A model generated the notes under the pieces. It did no database searches. It had not been told where the DNA came from and saw only the letters and a program-made list of their open reading frames with translations. From an uncultured virus (IMG/VR IMGVR_UViG_3300030685_000002) (Duplodnaviria; Heunggongvirae; Uroviricota; Caudoviricetes), in the IMG/VR virus record IMGVR_UViG_3300030685_000002: a DNA stretch of 64,000 nucleotides; one strand, 5' to 3'. The position numbers and the translations under genes were made by a program. Numbering within the stretch: the first letter of the stretch is position 1; the number at the start of each line of letters is the position of its first letter. Below are positions 62,301 through 64,000 of this stretch, piece after piece.

Positions 62301-64000
62301 TCTACAGAAGTTGCTAATGAATTAAAACTAATGGTGCGTTCTCGTGCAAACATAAATATTGCCAGGACCGACATACAAGGTTTACGTTACATGAAAATGG
62401 TTCCTAAGCTTAGTGTTACCGCAGATGCTTTGTATCGTCTTTCTACTATCATGGGAATGCGTAATGGTATTCCTTCATTGGATAAGGATTTCAGAACAAT
62501 GATTAATACCGTACAACAAACTATTGGTATGTCATTGCAAGAATACAATTCTAATCCGGCAAGTGATATGAATGTTGCTAAACATATGGCTTACTATACC
62601 ATAAACAATGATGCTTACAATAAAGAACAAGATGAAAAGAAAAAAGCTTTTATGTTCTCCCAAGAACAATTGGTAGCTAATGAAATTAATATGGGTAAAC
62701 TTATCAAGAACTTACCTCAGATTGATTATATCTTGCAAGAACTGTATCGTCAAGAACTTATCACTAAACAGTCATTTATGGCCGATAATGAAGCTATTGA
62801 AAAAGATGTTGTAAAATCATTCTTGAAATTACAGAATAGAACAACACTGAACTTCGGTGGTGAAGTCGCTGCAGTAAGTACCGCGATAAACGATATTATG
62901 CTTGACAAGTACTATGCTACCATTGGAGAAAGTGCTATCATGAAAGGTCAGTATATCTATCAAGCTGTTGGTAATACTTATGAAAACCCATCACAGAACT
63001 TGGATTTATCAAGTCTTTTTGATAGACAATCATTTGTAAAGAACTTTCCTCAATTTATGATGGATATTGTTGAGCATTCTGATAATATTGATTATTTGAA
63101 TAAGACAGTACAAAGTGAGTTGCCGGCAGAAGAATGGATAAGATTTGCAGTTAATCCTCTTATCAAACTATTTACTATTGGTGGTAAGTTTGATGTGAAA
63201 TTATTACTTGATGTCAATACTAAAGAAATGACAGAACAGCGCGTTGCTCAGTTGAAAGACTACTTTAATTCTCTTCCAAAAGAATATAAAGAAATGCTTA
63301 TCAACTATGAGATTATTGCCAATAGAATGTCATATCGTCAAGGTGGTTTACTTCAAGTGATAGGTGTAGATTTCTACAAAGGACCAATAAGCAAAGTGTA
63401 TAACGATACATACGCCGAATTGCGCTCTTCTCTTGGTCTTGATAGTCTTGTACCAAATAAGTACAGAAAGTCCGTTACATTCAATTCAGACATTCGTGAG
63501 CGTATCTATGACTATCTTGGATTACAACCTGAGTTTGCACAATATCTAAGTCCAAAAGCAGTAGTAAATGAAAATAGTCCTAAGTATGCTTATCAGTTTG
63601 AGACAAAAACTATAGATGGTGAGAAAGTAAACACCGGACATAGAATAAATTTAAAACTGAATGATAACAATGCTTATGAAGTATTTGGAAACATTACTTC
63701 TTTAGGTATGTCTACTATGGCCGGAGAGAATATGACTTCTGAATTACGCTCATTTCAGACTACACCGGAAGAAGAATACAATCTTAGTCTTGCTAATCGG
63801 GATAATAATGATTTGATATTACATCAAGGTTCACGTGCATGGGTATCGGAAGGACAATTTCTATATACAAGAAGTGGAAAATTAATACGTGTTATTAAAG
63901 TAAAAGGAACTAATTTTGAATATCGTCTTGCTAACGATTCAGATATCACTTATCGTATGGAACAAAAGGAAATGGATACTCAGAAACGTAACAATAGGAT
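47337..64000 (+). CDS. Giant virion polyprotein (at least 5,554 aa, truncated): SF1 helicase + zincin + two-barrel RNA polymerase
   Basis: Missing from the ORF track, consistent with no stop before the window end. In-frame motifs: GGDYGTGKT (52107), VIDEAS, MGDVFQ, YTAIGRS; HEVLH (55548) + EEWIA; EDGQ, SRVPAT, DSDYDID (DYDID at 61236-61250). Confidence 0.9.
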   Translation, partial: MANQEQEQTQPVVPTLEEKYQAQSSDAFVDQEGNYQGTVDVVGDALKNKQSTADILTSMAHSEQPIFNDVNYYVDKYSKEKNPLDTDAIPASQIVKTYNQAKIQNAKKVSLNKRGVDLAALKFQNDVQSPEVSGRSMSDKYLGNVKDLTPSYAPYHDIFRNEDNERGTGEERASAAPYILKNGKRIPNPGKDGMDKMFGDGKAVVTTTIDPTNGREVFDVLPSDAFVAGDRQYSTKWGPKETFGSSIKDFFVGAYSAATAGTMSSFSSVGALFNNAMNHDETYLYKQGNEAIQKHYDKVRAANLAQGNTKAVEELDKAFESGDYTAMNQAFNYSYSSLPSNVGNSLRREAQPLNWAKGDKALQDYFNEWKQAEFKQSASTEQGTGAIDWMVRQAPTLGYLLPQIAVGMASGGAMSALEGTAAFAGKSVATKALQYGTEFLVNAIGTSQSYSSFQRVADENGVSPETTAKFGFFALPLTYVTEHFTNKWIGEQLGPNIAEKAMREIYAPMAQKLAAKEAAGTLTDKTIKEAVYDSFSKIYNSKFIKGIVDNESYLANVAKANVSEVFQENFEQALYNTVQMQVDKAAPAYSEVGNGQIGTTGVFEGFSDTSLGTIFATTLMTAITGAVPHVIKKIKGIPDSKTETQQKELLKWKVLKGQGDELINIATDHIQKPDGGMWGVKDILIKDATVGEQFDPSLFSVPKSPSLQKLGYQEGQLIDNFAEMRYVEFVQLVDSYKELNESMGLNDVDRNILSQAGFDGQISLNKSGQAFMDMRDSKAAIESFQPKEAGATATDEQIAQLQKENEEAKQPLVDKYNKALSEYEYYTKREEGTQNSKAANDLMKRNVTVMKQVEMEMQALTNSKEFTREMKNDPNFQRQYAASWENVIKKNFTYENIENLRQRVDEAAQAQQTHANAIINDIDNQTTHATLSSDLNALQQRIGDTLSKPYNEAEHKSLITDVAGLSNRLAKELSVFNDQTSGNVFGTTMDNSKLDELKNKFSSMYDAAKGLTSNIAQQAEGKILTPANEKIDMYGKRVAELEPFITTKQSEYDAQLETINSLPAETSDEQRQQETDKLNAIQQELKHYQDESQTAAEEVGKAERTIESFDDEQFSHDNQLNAAARALGLENVNNQYSSFNGKGKLPFMRIDGQTLEHANETPEQFQKRIKLMREQNTPNGKTFLSNYFTELQDTMKEAEVWINSVLTDQGETYKKEYPDGKFYGTNGSEIIRQEIDRVKKNEHFLYTFKTSERIANEKKVSDHQSQPEREFVSELASKNANGNNTYEIQLRDAIRMADELASKIDGADLANQMLRLHSRVIIHENTFKSVQLFTTLGLRRSDGTQIISQNLIEELNAIGELDPSILDAKGQLTEAQLTQLSKRENIVNNILSEMNVEYNKENSELFSKDNQDLLFEIFREFYVANDSIGEDGKVLNSEGTLLHADDSSSHIGENGSLTNSTRELHARNPLFTMENVGGVSKRKYNFSSSNANDITRLREHLNTLIWIGSKYSMNDMFKIRKMIFTNESNTPLETGEQEAAINSIVGLLSNKTLTSPLSLFANYFLPMHSIATEKGGHHFIESYLSNALTIGGDYGTGKTQFTVGRAFRILRGLDGYSTDKKSSVGKLTVVSITEELSKVHKQSFGAENPTVISYTDFIKGMKSMNTTEGNTYVIDEASLVSENEMKAIKEHFVNTKAKLVFMGDVFQMRDAGSVGHYPLMMLQTMTTHMLTEQFSATSPLLRQLAEACRPAIGAIGRIVKFDKVTEDISGKTKLGARFFASHMDVWNSFIDGLATNPDRAAIFLDQDALDAFTKDNDTLKKQIEANKDKIYFALRRGVNDNKLLQGLRQKEIYAVFRQSDSSQIAKPITTSLMASALYTAIGRSSSWYGMVGDTSLNVDRSLAASTGLPEEALNAIQLQQKEKFRAIETLRLQGLNTDMNSMSMEAQKVATAPIANPTVTTPNPSNNNQNQTSGKEVGLKINYFNADGDLIDTATVDADWEIKKVGNRDVLSINWNGQTKFNNTIDPNISIKDNLIKHITGFESILRTSQSTENPITLVEENSVEDYEHKGTALKVGESYYDNNEKDIFQLLSINESVFSDGSTQYEITGIYPDENQTVSTVLSDNEDFSVPTAIIEEVKPVVPNEVSQLSRERFLNNSTAIFDKNKNKSHIFWATSATLVGASDSLSQENGKLRRAINDAFISNLSQYKHLFQLKAEKQNTTGWDKDNKTAKYDMIVLSFDPTNKGLVGEQLQAIQDIFMGTIAEDYVNAIIKKHSVNPNGTSIKAMDIPVYSIINDIFTTPGLNGGKFSNAIGSMTLPSVISIDGSGKISYTSFDVKETELEKQKTEKQRLVDAWNAVINNPIFAPVQSELIKQRDMNMSIYDTHASITDKVNVDFHDMGIRKVEYSNNESDLTTVTDLLKDFPGAQTDITPLYIDGRLRLNVQLNSNESIRLVVQMPKFSQSITSKNETIKQRANASMDSIIGRIKAEEDFISQEILSSTILSDEQKWKAKQTAFSKTTIYKLLRANLSTLKNSTQATDKAIFAFIKIQQKSKTFLDINLDSFKTDKDRNSGFDSQYKELSDFLSKKDNLAMSGLYDFLTLNNETYTTHVSGKETIDMLNVQALGINNKSFYVGLDKVEPITSPTPPVNKPGKKKLPNIGLEETQYSSPDVEPIQQSIDRVALRLGQSYTESELFLTQEGKIRLNGLTASGMVQDNTIMTLAAENGMMPRSTVDHEVLHVVYRNFINTDAKAMLLQAAQVINKYEQGTPINGDKELEEWIARDYAKQERATTKDKNVNIALRLYNQFKSFLKDIVMGLRGVYGSNKQLKNLYNQINNGEFANRVPEMNTEKSDIAFEEYESDTTSEETVQSTNESSSKRLLIASQMEEALKKELYNTESLVIAKSGLRMSILQNSIFSNTKNSNINSLSESINSIIEEGKEYQELYGETMATVITQNEQGELEENEMAVKDIVENGEPLNIKLSDINGRNSIDAYKIYSDKNIRMIVQTMLPSYDMMNDSFEKEVGAGERFDWDGYSSEQNVSDIQKLYLSSIPLINTNGSAVFDARGKVKFLDQKQVHSLMIDLGMRVSQMDGVTDKVSALKSIMEGFIDNSEIDESNRYLNPAAEVIHSMYNYMFEAKGKGTDFSLDYSNHYISEENYDGRYKGLLERSYQNEQEWKQEVGAQNSDATWSWDAKQEDQKRKIEQAKDLLNSLVSVYTSFNVKDQVKFTYYDDTMKSTHYYKDFWRGTAEEIKRIQGYKILNGELNTNSISFFKENMSIDYTDIKVSRYNNVTNKTSFLKYENGRFKFANKEGVIATSKKFGNTTMSPFSTDMLNTKGEYAHIVDIFNRIKGQFALKGVTPAMFKSLMVANSWSEVTDNMKTINKIGYVSNFNSEIQANYATPSDFMADYLGAMITLYNQYSKNYTEETLKANEDINKPAKKVIIQRNLLNHIRYNTKESLSPLTRIQSITGSDIVLGFLNRTTPKNLITFEVQPDIVENEEITNDVSSMRYVTPEDMFVSSNMIASIQQKLGGQTNDTHRYTAKGTATYSVALKTTLNEEFDAFKQDPTDTTKITGFIESIGENRSLGFTSIGKTKIDTSDFIDTSINMFMQEMVKSKARPVIYVPTTTVSDTGKIIFAKVESTLINTDNGFNIDYSVAGTEVLREYDKIKKRINTSRSNLNNALMEINKSLSTKTKFLNAPAENNEAHFTKGLRKQMIDVSKEAQANGTFDQLRNMFDATSLTKDLSGKGSYELSYETVDGIDVIIPGNAVTGKIDQFNMINKQSKIEKIRSLTNDVKSGKVESLPKLERAIMRLFENDFAKFTDMIANYGFKPVQSMNNLTKNTIGDKNPTNTTDKNPYYQQLEKSEIRFNQPMFGFYMATMFANNHIDDFSLNPFSFKNYLDKVKRNGPIHTPAQSVLTQGTKEVVQNNVRYQLHTPTLTTESPIVFYRDNMVDGGNTYQEIDGQKVLANNGNMMKPEDGQITINPFHYLQTLNSIGGTKTVIGNASMYKGLTNFRRADGTYSQIKRGDKVITGFDMQHTYYRNMFMRMLAETDRQLVARVGEESFNENKLSFTDKFKELYDDKNNQKEFNDIIVDMMNWIDNQQYYQDRITINPDGIERAGHMYNSIVAFMAPVSTQKGSVTSVNTYDALNDVDYSQPLNMDVVDNTKTKIVMNPSQDTDINAKLQAAPSQQDATGLGVSNNPEISSLYSAYMENKQGLQTALRKELEESISKYGEVEAAKQFKNIDWSKYDVSTLTEQQKSEIDPAIKQLMDFMRDRVVNSLRTSGQDMAFIELFSDMDVSMQLPMMRSKVLQSYRNMANQSIQARTKGIRLTQTVGEYLEEFVRDGKIYSRNDAINELRPGTNYRDYSFDEYNSDAMNQELAAAGFTMQRLQDMNIVNGKTTVGHISMPNVYAKVYGHRSNESLIDIQHINLGTERIALDSSNLYDKLMAGLSEDADMSLNQWSAFVDSPMIRKAIKNLKIETYVDELINPSVDNDGKRFISKRIANLIDSTREMTTEELQSEVNATNESILEAINSMELQSTDLANPDKVIAALMGSGEILEQILTEAQQLLKDFEESNTSFLSRVPATFLGSGGVFKTAMFHNGGNVVYIPTGMTLRNDSDYDIDALTMYSNSLDSKGHIIQKGADGHRNKMNALRNTITLHSGNQESLFLTSSLDKINEVMKQKEKLVDNLQNNSIRSIYESYSRNKAGADAIGILANSLTVSSIIISSSVNKFVETGTHSGIQNFINENAPKGKIKTGLNGFVIELGTWGQGALDNAKNNTFANYAISPVGINILAVLKLNGMNNSEVYDFFNNKNIRNLFHTYSGKTSIMTKSADFNLWKMASTEVDKIASRIEHFNNTNVSQWLESKGLSWKSNVHDTEKYSLELETTDVLLQQSIDDLLMKELTSYYKNNKEAFKNSPYDFTGSDKEQLLQQWKKDNGFDDENLFTYKNNKIVFDKTDVSNFDIKDLDSISTEVANELKLMVRSRANINIARTDIQGLRYMKMVPKLSVTADALYRLSTIMGMRNGIPSLDKDFRTMINTVQQTIGMSLQEYNSNPASDMNVAKHMAYYTINNDAYNKEQDEKKKAFMFSQEQLVANEINMGKLIKNLPQIDYILQELYRQELITKQSFMADNEAIEKDVVKSFLKLQNRTTLNFGGEVAAVSTAINDIMLDKYYATIGESAIMKGQYIYQAVGNTYENPSQNLDLSSLFDRQSFVKNFPQFMMDIVEHSDNIDYLNKTVQSELPAEEWIRFAVNPLIKLFTIGGKFDVKLLLDVNTKEMTEQRVAQLKDYFNSLPKEYKEMLINYEIIANRMSYRQGGLLQVIGVDFYKGPISKVYNDTYAELRSSLGLDSLVPNKYRKSVTFNSDIRERIYDYLGLQPEFAQYLSPKAVVNENSPKYAYQFETKTIDGEKVNTGHRINLKLNDNNAYEVFGNITSLGMSTMAGENMTSELRSFQTTPEEEYNLSLANRDNNDLILHQGSRAWVSEGQFLYTRSGKLIRVIKVKGTNFEYRLANDSDITYRMEQKEMDTQKRNNR

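Noticed and set aside
1..64000. Stop-codon reassignment as in some crAss-like phages
   Set aside because: Long genes are intact in code 11. TAG ends the portal, DUF3127-like and 33483-34265 genes, and TGA ends others at normal junctions. No suppressor tRNA was seen.
47337..64000. Short ORFs listed by the track in this region
   Set aside because: They are shadow or antisense frames over the giant uninterrupted + strand ORF.

Overview
The window is part of an AT-rich crAss-like (Crassvirales-type) phage genome read in the standard genetic code. The host is probably a Bacteroidota species, judging from TAnnTTTG -7 promoters and DUF3127, Fib_succ_major and PID-CTERM-like proteins. Positions 1 to ~15.8 kb are mostly leftward and hold a DnaB helicase (cut by the window edge), an HNH-like protein, a Dda/RecD-like SF1 helicase and many small accessory genes. 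After a divergent, strand-skewed switch region the genes run rightward: SSB-like protein, tail fibre, lysis genes, terminase, portal, capsid, tail ring and muzzle proteins, and cargo proteins. The window ends in one ORF of at least 5,554 codons (47337 to the end, absent from the ORF track) that carries SF1 helicase, zincin and two-barrel RNA polymerase (DYDID) motifs. The main leads are: (1) three tRNA-shaped RNAs with intact acceptor, D and T arms whose anticodon arm is replaced by a 173-nt, a 102-nt or an extended-hairpin insert; (2) a promoter-bounded module around a glycine-zipper/coiled-coil CCCE protein and an HTH regulator, linked by an HTH-less paralog to a peptide + membrane protein cassette 11 kb away; (3) a circularly permuted Fib_succ_major domain; (4) strong CCGG enrichment. 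All family calls come from motif recognition by eye; no database searches were run.
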